A stretch of 64,000 nucleotides of DNA from Gemmatimonadales bacterium (GCA_038321865.1 JBBQFH010000006.1:65199-129198); one strand, 5' to 3'; shown: positions 1 through 10,011, numbered from the stretch's first letter. The notes: a model not told the origin generated them from the letters alone. Made by a program: numbers and translations.

Positions 1-378
1 GGTAAGCCAGCCCTCTTCCAGCATCGCGCCCGGCGTGACCGTTTCCACGACCGCGCGCCGCACGATGCCCTTGGCCTGACGCGGATCCTCCACCTGCTCG
101 CAGATGGCGACCCGATGCCCCGCCGCCACCAGCTGGCGCACGTAGTCGGCCGCAGCCTTTACCGGCACTCCCGCCAGCGGCACGCCGTCGCCCCGGGCGG
201 TGAGCGTGATGCTCAGCACCCGGGCGCCGAGCTCGGCGTCCTCGAAGAACATTTCGTAGAAGTCGCCCATGCGAAAGAAGAGGATCGCGTCCCGATGGCG
301 GGACTTGATCTCGCGGTACTGCTGCATGAGCGGCGTACCGCGGCCCTCGCCGGTCGATTCACTGGCCCGGGCGGTCAT
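1..378 (-). CDS. mutS: DNA mismatch repair protein MutS, N-terminal fragment (gene runs off window start)
   Basis: Reverse translation from ATG (378..376) reads [60 protein letters not shown], the canonical MutS domain I N-terminus. It is absent from the ORF track because it has no stop inside the window. Its start overlaps the stop of the upstream SPOR gene. Confidence 0.93.
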   Translation of the reverse strand, partial: MTARASESTGEGRGTPLMQQYREIKSRHRDAILFFRMGDFYEMFFEDAELGARVLSITLTARGDGVPLAGVPVKAAADYVRQLVAAGHRVAICEQVEDPRQAKGIVRRAVVETVTPGAMLEEGWLT

Positions 379-1370
379 TCGCCGACCACGAAGGGCCCGC
401 CGCCGAGCCGTGCCCTGAGTTGCGTGGCGAGCGCCTGAGCGTCTCGGCGGCTGGCAAAATGGCCGGTGCGGACCTTGAAGTATCCCTTCTCCGGCACCAC
501 GTCGGCATCGATGTGCTGGCCCCTGAGGCTCCGCACGATCCCGTCCGCCTCCGCCTGTGTCGCCGCCGCCGCCAACTGCACGCGGAACCCGCCCGCTCTG
601 GCGGGGGCAGGCGCCGGCGCGACGCGAACCGTGTCCATCCGGGCGACGAGTGGCGCCGCCTCGCCGCCATTGGCCGGTGGGCGGCCGCTGTCGGCTGCCG
701 CCGCTGGACTCGGCATCGCTGGCGCCGTCGTCGACACCTCCACCGGCACCGGGGCCGGAGCCACGGGGGGCACCTGCACCGTCACCTGGGTGTCGCGCTG
801 CACCAGTGTATCCGACGATGCGATGAGCGCACCGCAGCGCCGCGCCTGCACCGAGAGCTGATCGTGCAGCTCGCCATTCTCACCCGAGCGCACGATGCCG
901 AGCGTGATCCAGCGGCACGCGGCCACCTGATTGCGCATGTCGAAATAGGTCCGCGCGGCCCACAGCGCCGCCCTCGGGATCACCGGCGATCCGACGAAGT
1001 CCTTCCGGATGCGCTCCAGGTCGCGCGTCGTGGCCGGCAGATTACCGTCGGCGTAGTCGGACTCGGCCATGAGCAGGAGGGCGTCGTCGGTCCATGACGA
1101 GATCGGGTATTCGACGACCAGGCGCTGCAGGCTGCGCTCGCGCTCGGCGGCGTCGGGCGCGACGACCGCCATGGCATAGAGTATCTGCGGGTACAGCGAG
1201 TCCGTGCTCGCGGTGGCCGCAAACAGGCGGCGGACCGCCGCGCGCGCCGAGTCGCCCTGGCCCTCCTGCGCCTGGCGCACGGCGCCCAGCAGCCGCGGGT
1301 CCGACTGGGCCCCGAGCGGCGCGGTGAGGGCCACCGCCGCAACGAGCGCCGAAGCCCACCGGATGCTCAC
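375..1370 (-). CDS. Secreted TPR-like protein with C-terminal SPOR (peptidoglycan-binding) domain
   Basis: Signal peptide [23 protein letters not shown] Pro/Ala-rich linker follows. The C-terminal segment [22 protein letters not shown]...[23 protein letters not shown] is typical of SPOR. The GTG start overlaps the holA stop. Confidence 0.8.
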   Translation of the reverse strand: MSIRWASALVAAVALTAPLGAQSDPRLLGAVRQAQEGQGDSARAAVRRLFAATASTDSLYPQILYAMAVVAPDAAERERSLQRLVVEYPISSWTDDALLLMAESDYADGNLPATTRDLERIRKDFVGSPVIPRAALWAARTYFDMRNQVAACRWITLGIVRSGENGELHDQLSVQARRCGALIASSDTLVQRDTQVTVQVPPVAPAPVPVEVSTTAPAMPSPAAAADSGRPPANGGEAAPLVARMDTVRVAPAPAPARAGGFRVQLAAAATQAEADGIVRSLRGQHIDADVVPEKGYFKVRTGHFASRRDAQALATQLRARLGGGPFVVGE

Positions 1371-2422
1371 GCGGCTTCGGCCCGCGGCAGGGCGAGGCGC
1401 ATGACCAGGTCACTCACCAGGCCACGATCATCGGACAGCGTGGTGCTCTTGAGCATCCGGTCGGTATCCAGTGCGGCACGGAGCGCCGTCCGGATGCGAG
1501 GCATCGGCCACTCCGCGGCCCAGCGCGCCCAGCGCTCTGTCTCCTCCTTCCAGGGGCTCAACCCGGCCGGCCGGGCAGCCCGAAGCGCATCGAAGGCCGC
1601 ACTCTCGAGCGCCCGACCGCGGAGCTTCCGGTCGTAGGCCGCGCGAGTGATGCCGACGCCCACGAGGGAGGTCCCGATGAGGGTCACGAGCTTCACGCCG
1701 GAGACACCCGACTGCTCCAGCACCCGGCCGAGCAGGGTCACGGCGCGGGCGGCGTCACCGCTCATGACCGCATCCCGCCAGTCGAAGATCGTCTCTCCGT
1801 GCCGCACGCCGACCAGTTCGCCGACCCGCTCGAGCGTTATGACCTCTCCGGCCGGCAGGGACGAAAGCTTTTCGATCTCGAGGCGCAGGAGCCCGAGATC
1901 GGGGCCGACGCACTTGAGCAGGTGCTCGGCCGCGCCCGGTCCGAAGCTCACGCCCAGCGCGCCGGCGCGGGTGCCGAGCCACTTCATCGCCTCGGCCGGC
2001 GTCAGGGCGTCGCACTCGACGCTCACCGCAAGCTTCACGAGCTCCTTGTCCGCGTCATTCTCACCGGCACCCTGCACCAGGATGACGAGGGTCTGATCGG
2101 AGGGCCGCTCCAGGTATCGGATGAGCTCCTTCCGCGCCTTGGGCTTCCGCTTCCAGAGCTCGACATCGCGAATCAGCACCACGCGCCGATCGGCCATCAT
2201 CGGGAGGGTGTTGCACAGCGCTTCCACGGCCTCGGGGTCGAGGCTGCCGGCCGAGCGCTGGTCGAAGTTGAAGTCACGGAGCGACGGGTCCACGGCGCGA
2301 TCAACCAGCGCCCGGGAGATCTCTTCCTTGAGAACGTCCTCGGAACCGTGGAGATAGTAGGCGGGCGCCAGCTCGCCCTTCCTGAGACTGGCGGACAGCT
2401 CTTTTCGGGTGTGCACGGGCAT
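1367..2422 (-). CDS. holA: DNA polymerase III delta subunit
   Basis: 351 aa. The N-terminus LAPAYYLHGSEDVLKEEI...RDFNFDQ...RRVVLIRDVELW and the overall length are typical of HolA. Confidence 0.85.
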   Translation of the reverse strand: MPVHTRKELSASLRKGELAPAYYLHGSEDVLKEEISRALVDRAVDPSLRDFNFDQRSAGSLDPEAVEALCNTLPMMADRRVVLIRDVELWKRKPKARKELIRYLERPSDQTLVILVQGAGENDADKELVKLAVSVECDALTPAEAMKWLGTRAGALGVSFGPGAAEHLLKCVGPDLGLLRLEIEKLSSLPAGEVITLERVGELVGVRHGETIFDWRDAVMSGDAARAVTLLGRVLEQSGVSGVKLVTLIGTSLVGVGITRAAYDRKLRGRALESAAFDALRAARPAGLSPWKEETERWARWAAEWPMPRIRTALRAALDTDRMLKSTTLSDDRGLVSDLVMRLALPRAEAA

Positions 2423-2488
2423 GGGGAATGTTACCGCCCCGGCGCGCCTCGTGAAATGGGCACCGGGATCGGCGTGCGACGAGCAGGA

Positions 2489-3094
2489 TCAGTCGAGGAA
2501 GGGCTCGATCAGCTCGGCAAAGGCGCGGCGGGCGCGGTTGAGACGGCTCTTCACCGTACCCAGGTTCGCGTCGGTCGCCTGGGCGATTTCCTCGTAGCTC
2601 CGGCCTTCGAGCTCCCGCATGACGAAGACGGTGCGCTGGTGCTCGGGCAGCCGCGCCACCACCCCGTCCACCAGGGCACGCAGGTGGCGGCGGGCATACA
2701 TGTCGTCGGGCCGGCTCCGGGCGTCCTCAAACTGCAGCGGCTGCTGGTCCTCCTGCCAGGTCGGGCGGACGGACTCGTAGAAGACGAGCGGGCTTCGGTG
2801 CCGGTTCCGCAGCTCGTTCTTGGCCAGATTGGACGCGATGGTGTAGACCCAGGTGGAGAATTTGCGCGCCTGGTCGAACCGGTGCAGGTGGCGGAACACG
2901 CGCACGAAGGCTTCCTGAACCAGGTCCTCCGCCCGCTCACGGTCGCCGATCATTCGATCGATGAAACGGACCAGGCGAGCCTGATACCGCCCTACCAACT
3001 CGGCCGATGCCCGCCCGTCGCCTGAAAGATGGGCCGCCACCAAGGCCCCACTCGCGCGTGGAGCCCGCATTGCCATCATCATCGTGTCGCCCAT
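2489..3094 (-). CDS. ECF-type RNA polymerase sigma-70 family factor
   Basis: Region 2 reads DLVQEAFVRVFRHLHRFDQARKFSTWVYTIASNLAKNELR. Region 4 reads VFVMRELEGRSYEEIAQATDANLGTVKSRLNRAR. I prefer ATG at 3094, which has GGGAG 7 nt upstream. A TTG at 3142 is the alternative start. Confidence 0.88.
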   Translation of the reverse strand: MGDTMMMAMRAPRASGALVAAHLSGDGRASAELVGRYQARLVRFIDRMIGDRERAEDLVQEAFVRVFRHLHRFDQARKFSTWVYTIASNLAKNELRNRHRSPLVFYESVRPTWQEDQQPLQFEDARSRPDDMYARRHLRALVDGVVARLPEHQRTVFVMRELEGRSYEEIAQATDANLGTVKSRLNRARRAFAELIEPFLD

Positions 3095-3166
3095 CGCCTG
3101 CTCCCGCTGCTGGTGATGCCTTCCGCTTGAAGGCTTGACCAACAGTACAGCAAGGTCGGCTATTGT

Positions 3167-3706
3167 TCAAGTTTTTAGTATGTAACATTGAACATACCAG
3201 ATAGCCGACAGTGTCTTGCCATCAACGATCTCGCCGCTCCGCGCCATGGCCATTACGGCCGACCACGCGATGCCTCGAACCTCGATGAACTCATCGCTCT
3301 CGCGGGCGTGGTCACCAGGTTCAAGTCCATGAGCTGTATACAGATGGATGCGCTCATCGGTGAAACCGGGCGTGGTGTACACCGTGGTGAGATGCCGGAG
3401 GGTGGTGGCCGAGTAACCGGTCTCTTCCCGAAGCTCCCGCTCCGCGCAGGCGTCCGGCGACTCGCCGGGCTGCAGCCGCCCGGCCGGGATCTCCCAGATG
3501 AATCCGTCCGCCGCATGGCGGAACTGACGTATCAGCAGCACGGTCGGATCGTCGGCAGTCTCGTCCAGAAACGGCAGGACGGCCGAGGCGCCGGGGTGCC
3601 TGATCATCTCCAGTGTGCCGGTCGAGTCGTTGGGAAACCGGACCGTGTCGAGGTCGAGATTGAGCACGCGGCCGGTATGGACGCGGCGGGTGGACAGAAG
3701 GGTCAT
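3167..3706 (-). CDS. NUDIX hydrolase (ADP-ribose pyrophosphatase-like)
   Basis: NUDIX box GRLQPGESPDACAERELREETGY. I start at ATG 3706 (MTLLSTRR). The upstream part of the 258-aa ORF is low-complexity S/R-rich and overlaps the neighbouring gene. Confidence 0.88.
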   Translation of the reverse strand: MTLLSTRRVHTGRVLNLDLDTVRFPNDSTGTLEMIRHPGASAVLPFLDETADDPTVLLIRQFRHAADGFIWEIPAGRLQPGESPDACAERELREETGYSATTLRHLTTVYTTPGFTDERIHLYTAHGLEPGDHARESDEFIEVRGIAWSAVMAMARSGEIVDGKTLSAIWYVQCYILKT

Positions 3707-3722
3707 GAGACGGCGCGCCCGG

Positions 3723-5183
3723 TCACGGTGTGGGCATGCCGTCCGCGCCGAGCACGGTGATGGGCCCCAGGTGCAACGCCTCGATGGCCGGCTGGATCTT
3801 GGCGAGATCACCGACCACGACGATGACCGAGCTGTCAGGCGCGAGGTACTTCCGGGATACACGGGTGATGTCCGCCGGCTTGACCAGCCGAAGCTTGTCG
3901 AGGTATCCCGTGATCTCGCTCTCCGGCAGCTTGAAGAACGCAATGTCCGCCAGGGTGGCCGCCACCCCGGCGTTGGTCTCGAGTCCCCGCGGGTAGGCCC
4001 GGATCAGCGACGCCTTGGCGAACTCGGTTTCCTCCGCCGTGAGCGGCCGACCCGCCCGGACATCCCGAATCTCCTTCATGAATTCGATCAGCGAGCTGTC
4101 GGTCTTGGCGGTGAAGACCCCGGCGCTGGCGACGAAGGGGCCGTCGCCCCGGCTGAAGGTCATGCCGGTGCGCGCGCCGTAGGTGTACCCCTTCGCTTCC
4201 CGGATGTTGAGGTTGATGCGGGAGGTGAAGGCGCCGCCCAGCGCCGCGTTGAGGACGCGGAGCGCATAGTAGTCCGGCGACGTCGACCGGGCCGCCATCG
4301 CATGTCCGATCCGGATCTCGCTCTGGGCCGCACCCGGCTTGTCCACGAGATAGACGGCCGTCGTCCTTGCGGCGGGACGGGCGGGGATGGCGGCGACGTC
4401 GGCTGGCACGGGCTTCGAATTCCAGCGTCCGAAGGCCCGTGTCGCGAGCACCTGTGCCTCGGCAGCAGTCACGTCGCCGACGACGATCAGCACCGCATTG
4501 TTCGGCCGATAGTAGGAGTCGTAGAACGTGGTCAGATCCTGGCGCGTCAGCGCCTGGATCGTGGCCGGCGAGCCGTTGGCCGCGCGGCCGTACGGGTGAT
4601 CCGCGCCGTACACCAGCCGGGCGAAGGTCTGCGAGGCCACGATCGTCGGCTGGTCCTTCTGCTGCCGGAGCGCCTGCAGTCGCGAGCGGCGCTCGCGGGT
4701 CAGCTCGTCGTCGAGAAACGCCGGACGCGCGACCATGTCGCCCAGGAGCGCGAAGGCGGAGTCGGCGTGTTTCCGGAGCGTGAGCAGGGAGACTTGCGTC
4801 TGCTCGTCGGCCGCCCCCGCGTTCAGGTTGGCGCCGAGGAAGTCGAGCGCGTTGGCGAAGTCGAGCGCGGACCGGCCGCCGGCCCCGTCGTCGAGCAGCG
4901 CCGCGGTGACCTGTGCCAGGCCGGCCCTGGCGCCGTCCATCGCCGAGCCGGCACGGATGACGAGGAGCGCGTTGACGATCGGCAGCTCGCGGCGGGTGAC
5001 GGTCCACACCTGCAGGCCGTTGGGCAGGGTCCGCTTGACGATGGTGGGCGCAGCGACCGCGGCCGCGGGGCCGACACCCGGCTTCCTGCTTCGGTCGACC
5101 TGCTGCCCCATGAGCGACGGGCCGAACAGAAGGGCGAGAACCGCGGCGCCGAGGCCGGTTCGGGTCATGCGCGCGCGGCTCAC
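3723..5183 (-). CDS. M16 family peptidase, non-catalytic (no HxxEH) subunit, secreted
   Basis: Signal peptide is present. The M16 fold signature is present, but GLAQVTAALLDDGAG stands where the zinc motif would be. The start is either GTG 5183 (overlapping the upstream stop) or ATG 5168. Confidence 0.85.
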   Translation of the reverse strand: MSRARMTRTGLGAAVLALLFGPSLMGQQVDRSRKPGVGPAAAVAAPTIVKRTLPNGLQVWTVTRRELPIVNALLVIRAGSAMDGARAGLAQVTAALLDDGAGGRSALDFANALDFLGANLNAGAADEQTQVSLLTLRKHADSAFALLGDMVARPAFLDDELTRERRSRLQALRQQKDQPTIVASQTFARLVYGADHPYGRAANGSPATIQALTRQDLTTFYDSYYRPNNAVLIVVGDVTAAEAQVLATRAFGRWNSKPVPADVAAIPARPAARTTAVYLVDKPGAAQSEIRIGHAMAARSTSPDYYALRVLNAALGGAFTSRINLNIREAKGYTYGARTGMTFSRGDGPFVASAGVFTAKTDSSLIEFMKEIRDVRAGRPLTAEETEFAKASLIRAYPRGLETNAGVAATLADIAFFKLPESEITGYLDKLRLVKPADITRVSRKYLAPDSSVIVVVGDLAKIQPAIEALHLGPITVLGADGMPTP

Positions 5184-6541
5184 GGGTGCACCTCCGGGGC
5201 CTGCGCCGCGAGCTCGAGGTGCCCGTTGGGGACCACGGACAGCACGATGTGCGGCCGGCTGTTGATGTAGGCCTGTGCGACGCGGCGCACGTCGGCGGCA
5301 GTGACGGCGCGGTAATGCGCGAGATCGGCGTTGAACATGTCGGGACTCCCGCGTTCGGTCAGATACTGATTCAGGCGGTCCGCCTTGCCCAGCAGCGTCT
5401 GCAGCCGGTACACCGACTGCGCCTCATTCCCGTTCTTGGCGCGTGCCATCTCATCGGCGGTGGGGCCCTCCGTCGCCAGGCGGGCGATCTCCTCATACAC
5501 CTCCCGCTCCATCTGCGAGAGACTGGTGCCTTCGCGGGCCGTAATCGTCACGCTGAACGTGCCGGCCAGCGCCTGCGAGCCCTGGTTGGCCCCCGCGGTC
5601 TGGGCCGCCTGTTCCTTGTAGACCAGGCGCTGATAGAGGCGGGAGCCTTTCCCCTGGCCCAGCACCGTGGCGAAAATGTCGAGCGCATCGGCATCGGCGT
5701 GCCAGCGCTCTACTGTCGGCCATGCCAGCGTCACGCGCGCGAGGGTCACCCGGTCTTCCATCACATCACGGCGGTCGGCGGCGAGCCTGACCGGCGCCGG
5801 CTTGACCAGTGGCGGCACCTGCCCGGCGGGAATGTCACCGAAGTAGCGCGTGACCAGCCGCCGCACCTCGGCCGGCCTGACGTCACCGGCCACGACCAGG
5901 GACGCGTTGTTGGGCACATACCACTGGCGGAAGAACCCTTCGACGTCCGCGGCCGACGCGGCGGTGAGGTCTTCCTGGAATCCGATGGTCGGCGCATGGT
6001 ACGGGTGGCCGTCGGGGTAGAGCATCTCGTCCAGCTTGATCCGCGACATCCCGTAGGGCGCGTTCTCGTAATTCTGGCGCCGCTCGTTCTTCACGACGTC
6101 CCGCTGGTTGTCCAGCTTTTCCTTGGAGAAGGCATCCAGCAGGTAACCCATCCGGTCCGACTCGAGCCAGAGCGCCTGCTCGAGATAGTTCGACGGCACC
6201 ATCTCGAAGTAGTTCGTGCGATCGCTGTTGGTCGATCCGTTGAGTGTGCCGCCCGCCTCCTGCACGGTGGCGAAGTGCGCACCCTTCTCCACGTCCTTCG
6301 AGCCCTGGAACATCATGTGCTCGAAGAGGTGCGCGAACCCGCTCCGGCCCTTCACCTCACGGCCTGAGCCGACGTGGTACCAGACGTTGACCGCCACCAG
6401 CGGAGCGGAATGGTCCTCGTGCACCACCACCTTCAGCCCGTTCTTCAGCGTGAAGGTGTCGGTGGGCACGCGGAGCTCCTGCGCCCCCGCGGCCGGCGCG
6501 GCAGCAAGTGCCAGCGCGGCCGCGAACAGTCCTGCTCTCAT
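5180..6541 (-). CDS. M16 family zinc peptidase, catalytic (HxxEH) subunit, secreted
   Basis: Signal peptide MRAGLFAAALALAAAPAAGAQ. Inverted zinc motif GFAHLFEHMMFQGS. ATGA overlap with the upstream gene at 6538..6541. Confidence 0.9.
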   Translation of the reverse strand: MRAGLFAAALALAAAPAAGAQELRVPTDTFTLKNGLKVVVHEDHSAPLVAVNVWYHVGSGREVKGRSGFAHLFEHMMFQGSKDVEKGAHFATVQEAGGTLNGSTNSDRTNYFEMVPSNYLEQALWLESDRMGYLLDAFSKEKLDNQRDVVKNERRQNYENAPYGMSRIKLDEMLYPDGHPYHAPTIGFQEDLTAASAADVEGFFRQWYVPNNASLVVAGDVRPAEVRRLVTRYFGDIPAGQVPPLVKPAPVRLAADRRDVMEDRVTLARVTLAWPTVERWHADADALDIFATVLGQGKGSRLYQRLVYKEQAAQTAGANQGSQALAGTFSVTITAREGTSLSQMEREVYEEIARLATEGPTADEMARAKNGNEAQSVYRLQTLLGKADRLNQYLTERGSPDMFNADLAHYRAVTAADVRRVAQAYINSRPHIVLSVVPNGHLELAAQAPEVHP

Positions 6542-7986
6542 CGTGTCACCTCGTTCCCGTTGTAGTCCCGCACCTCGATCGGCCCGATGCCGAGCGCTTC
6601 GATGCCGGGGCGGATCTTCGCAATGTCGCCGACCACGACGACGGTCAGATGGTCGGGGTCGAGATAGGTACGCGCCGCGCGCTGGACGTCGGCGGCGGAG
6701 AGCTGCTGGACCGCCGCGAGGTCGTGCGGGATGGTCGCCAGCGGCAGGCCGAAGAGCGAGAGCGACGCGAGTTGCGATGCCACCTGGCCGGTCGTCTCGA
6801 AATTGCCGAGCGAGCCCAGCACGACGTACGATCGTCCGCGCTGCAGCTCGGCCGCGGTGACACCGCTGTCACGAATGCGGCGAAATTCCCGAAAGAAGAT
6901 GGCGAGGGAACTGTCGGTGGCGTTGCTTCGGACCTGCGCGCTGGCGACGAACGGCCCCGGGAGCGGGCGCCAGGAATAGCCCGATCCGGCCCCGTAGGTG
7001 AAGCCTCTCTGCTCCCGGAGAATGTCGTTGAGCCGCGATGAGAACGAGCCGCCGAGGATGGTGTTCATCAGCGTGATCGTCGCATAGTCGGCCGAGGTAC
7101 GGGGCACGCCGGGAGCGCCGATGTTGATGACGCTCTGGGCGGCGCCGGGCTTGTCCACCAGCACGATGTGAGTGGCGGGGCGCGGTGCGCTCATCCCGGC
7201 AGCGGGGGCGGGGAACGGATTGGCCGGTGCCTTCCACCCGCCGAACAGCTTCCGGGCGAGTGCCTGCACTTCCGCGAGCGTCACATCGCCCGCGACGACG
7301 AGGGTCGCGTGGCGCGGATCGGCGGCCCGGGCCCAGAAGGCTCGCACGGCGGCCGAGTCGAGGGCCGCGGTCGCCGCGGAGTCGCCGCTGAGGAGCGCGT
7401 GATAGGGATGGCCCGCCGGAAAGACCATCGCGCTGAAGACGAGCTGGGCCACGGAGCCCGGCTGATCGCGCTGCTGCAGGATGCTGGCCAGGCGGAGGTC
7501 GCGCTGGCGCTTGACGTCGGCCGCGGAGAAGGTGGGCCGAAGCACCACATCCGCCATCAGCCCCATCGCCCGGGCGAACGTGCTCTTGGGCGCGCCGACG
7601 TCCACCGTGATCGCATCCCACCCCGCGCCGGTGTTGAGCGACGCCCCCAGGTACGCCACCTCCGCCGCGAGCGCGAAGGCGTCACGCGTCCCGGCGCCTT
7701 CGTCGAGCATGTTGCCGGTGAAGCTGGCGAGGCCCGGCCGGTTTCCGTCCAGCCGGCCGCCGCCGCCGATCAGCAGCGACGCCTGCACCAGCGGCACCTC
7801 GTGCATCGGCACCACTTCGATCCGGAGGCCGTTGGCCAGACGTGCGACCTGCACCGCCGGCATGACCAGCCGCGGCGGCGGTCCCAGCGTGGGCTGGGTG
7901 GCGACGGCGGGAGTCTGGGCCGCCAGCGGTGCGGCCGCGGCGAGAGTGGCGAGCGCGAGCCATGCGCCCCGATTGCGCGAGATCAT
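6538..7986 (-). CDS. M16 family peptidase, non-catalytic subunit, secreted
   Basis: Signal peptide is present. GLASFTGNMLDEGAG stands in place of HxxEH. It is a paralog of 3723..5183. ATGA overlap at 7983..7986. Confidence 0.85.
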   Translation of the reverse strand: MISRNRGAWLALATLAAAAPLAAQTPAVATQPTLGPPPRLVMPAVQVARLANGLRIEVVPMHEVPLVQASLLIGGGGRLDGNRPGLASFTGNMLDEGAGTRDAFALAAEVAYLGASLNTGAGWDAITVDVGAPKSTFARAMGLMADVVLRPTFSAADVKRQRDLRLASILQQRDQPGSVAQLVFSAMVFPAGHPYHALLSGDSAATAALDSAAVRAFWARAADPRHATLVVAGDVTLAEVQALARKLFGGWKAPANPFPAPAAGMSAPRPATHIVLVDKPGAAQSVINIGAPGVPRTSADYATITLMNTILGGSFSSRLNDILREQRGFTYGAGSGYSWRPLPGPFVASAQVRSNATDSSLAIFFREFRRIRDSGVTAAELQRGRSYVVLGSLGNFETTGQVASQLASLSLFGLPLATIPHDLAAVQQLSAADVQRAARTYLDPDHLTVVVVGDIAKIRPGIEALGIGPIEVRDYNGNEVTR

Positions 7987-9350
7987 GGTGTGCTCCTCCC
8001 CTGCGCGGCCAGCTCGCGCTTCCCCTGCGGAACGATGCTGAGTGTCACGCGCGGTCCGGTGAGATAGGCGCGGGTGACGCGCTGAATGTCGGCGGCGGTG
8101 ACCGCGCGATACCGATCGAGGTCGCGCTGGAAGCCGTCCGGCACGCCGATCTGGTAATAGTAGGCATTGAGCGCGTCCCCCTTCCTGCCAATGCGCTCCA
8201 TGCCGCGGAGGAAGCCGGCTTCGCGCGCATTCTTCGCCTGTTGCAGCTCCCGCGCGCTCGGGCCCTCGGCGGCGAGGCGCCTCAGCTCGGCGTCCACCAC
8301 CCGCTGCAGCTCGGCCAGATTGTGGCCCGGCCGCGCCGTGGCGATCACGTCGAACTGCCCGTCCAGCCGCCGGCTGTCATGAAAGGACTGCACCTGGCTG
8401 GCGATCTGCTGGTCGTAGACCAGCTGCTGCGTGAGCCGCGAGTTCTTGGCCCCGGTGAGCAGATATGCCGTGAGATCGAGCGCCGCGTCGTCCGGCGCCC
8501 ACGCCTTTACGGTGTGCCAGCTGTAGTAGAGCCGCGGCAGCTGCACCCGGTCCTCGAGCACCGCCATCGTGTCGGCGCTGAGGGTGAAGGGCGCCGGCGC
8601 GTTCCGTGTGATGGCCGGGCCGCGCGGGATCTCCCCGAAATACTTGACCACGAGCGCCTTCACCTCGGCGGGCTTCACGTCGCCGGCGACGGCGATCGTG
8701 GTGTTGTTCGGCGCGTAATAGCGGCGAAAAAAATTCTTGACGTCTTCCAGCGATGCCGCCGAGAGGTCGGTCATCGAGCCGATCACGTCCCAGGAGTAGG
8801 GATGGCCCCTGGGATAGAGCATGGCAGCGATCGTTTCGCCGGCCAGACCATAGGGCTGATTGTCGACGCCCTGGCGGCGCTCGTTCTTCACGACGTCGCG
8901 CTGGAGATCCACCTTGGCCGAATCCATCGTGGGGAGGAGCCAGCCGGTGCGGTCGGCCTCGAGCCAGAGCATCAGCGGCAGCGCGTTGGCCGGCCCTTCC
9001 TCGTAGTAGTTGGTCCGGTCGTTGTCGGTCGAGCCGTTGTTGTCGCCGCCGGCCGCCTCGAGCAGCCGGTCGAACTGGGGATACACGGCATGCTCCGAAC
9101 CCATGAACATCAGGTGCTCGAACAGGTGGGCGAAGCCGGTGCGGCCGAGCGTTTCGTCACCGGAGCCGACGTGGCGCCAGGTGTTGACGTTGACGATGGG
9201 GGCCGAGTGATCTTCGTGGACGATCAGGGTGAGCCCGTTGGGCAGCGTGTCGATCACGTACGGCACGTGCAGCGACGGCGCCTGCGCCCGGGCCGGAAGC
9301 GCGGGTGCCGCCAGGAGCGCGGCCGCCAGGATGATCCGGCGTGTGAACAT
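7983..9350 (-). CDS. M16 family zinc peptidase, catalytic (HxxEH) subunit, secreted
   Basis: I start at ATG 9350 (MFTRRIILAAALLAAPALPARAQ, a signal peptide). Zinc motif GFAHLFEHLMFMGS. The longer ORF-track N-terminus is R/P-rich and unlikely to be real. Confidence 0.9.
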   Translation of the reverse strand: MFTRRIILAAALLAAPALPARAQAPSLHVPYVIDTLPNGLTLIVHEDHSAPIVNVNTWRHVGSGDETLGRTGFAHLFEHLMFMGSEHAVYPQFDRLLEAAGGDNNGSTDNDRTNYYEEGPANALPLMLWLEADRTGWLLPTMDSAKVDLQRDVVKNERRQGVDNQPYGLAGETIAAMLYPRGHPYSWDVIGSMTDLSAASLEDVKNFFRRYYAPNNTTIAVAGDVKPAEVKALVVKYFGEIPRGPAITRNAPAPFTLSADTMAVLEDRVQLPRLYYSWHTVKAWAPDDAALDLTAYLLTGAKNSRLTQQLVYDQQIASQVQSFHDSRRLDGQFDVIATARPGHNLAELQRVVDAELRRLAAEGPSARELQQAKNAREAGFLRGMERIGRKGDALNAYYYQIGVPDGFQRDLDRYRAVTAADIQRVTRAYLTGPRVTLSIVPQGKRELAAQGRSTP

Positions 9351-9373
9351 CGGGACCTCGATGGAAGTGTGAT

Positions 9374-9985
9374 TCAGCGGAGCCATTCCCAGCTGCGAAT
9401 CCAGGCGACGGGGACCTTGAGCGCCTCCCGGGCGAGGTAGACCAGTTCCAGGTTCGGGTTGTCGGAGATCGGGCTGGACGGCGTCGGCGACGTGTAGGCG
9501 ATCAGCTGGGTGCGGCGGGCTTCGAAGCGCAGGCGGCACATGTGAAACGGATCGCTCACCAGCAGGACGGAGCCGAGACCTCGCGGTCGGAGCCACTGGG
9601 CGACCGCCGTCATCGACGTGTAAGTCGAGCGCCCCTGCGGCTGGACCACGATGGCCGTGTCCCGTACGCCACGCCACAGCAGGTAGCTCCGGCTCACGAC
9701 CGCCTCGCTGAGCGTGTCACCGCGGCCGACGCCGCCGGTGACGATGATGCGCGGCGCCAAATTGTCGCGGTACAGGTCGACCGCATGGTCCAGCCGGGCG
9801 CGAAGCACCGGCGAGGGCCGGCCATTGTACTGCGCGGCGCCGAGGACGACGATCGCGTCGACCGACCGCCGCTGGTCCTGCTGGCTCACCACCAGCACCA
9901 TGATGAGCGCGACGGTATAGGCGATACCGGCCGCGAGCAGCAGCACACCGAACAGTTTGAAGAGGCCGCGAGCGAGTTGTCGCAC
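9374..9985 (-). CDS. DUF218 / YdcF-ElyC-like membrane-anchored protein
   Basis: N-terminal TM helix. Motifs DAIVVLGAAQYNGRPSPVLRARLDHAVDLYR...IIVTGG and LLVSDPFHMCR are typical of DUF218. Confidence 0.75.
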   Translation of the reverse strand: MRQLARGLFKLFGVLLLAAGIAYTVALIMVLVVSQQDQRRSVDAIVVLGAAQYNGRPSPVLRARLDHAVDLYRDNLAPRIIVTGGVGRGDTLSEAVVSRSYLLWRGVRDTAIVVQPQGRSTYTSMTAVAQWLRPRGLGSVLLVSDPFHMCRLRFEARRTQLIAYTSPTPSSPISDNPNLELVYLAREALKVPVAWIRSWEWLR

Positions 9986-10011
9986 TCCCGGAAGCTACCG
10001 TTCGAACCGCC

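Noticed and set aside
115-438. 107-aa plus-strand ORF at the window start
   Set aside because: It is antisense to the unmistakable MutS N-terminus encoded on the minus strand at 1..378.
3615-9440. Plus-strand ORFs 3615..5270, 5186..6367, 7168..8067 and 7929..9440, opposite the M16 genes
   Set aside because: They are antisense artefacts with no motifs and biased R/G/D/H composition. The minus-strand frames carry signal peptides and M16 signatures.
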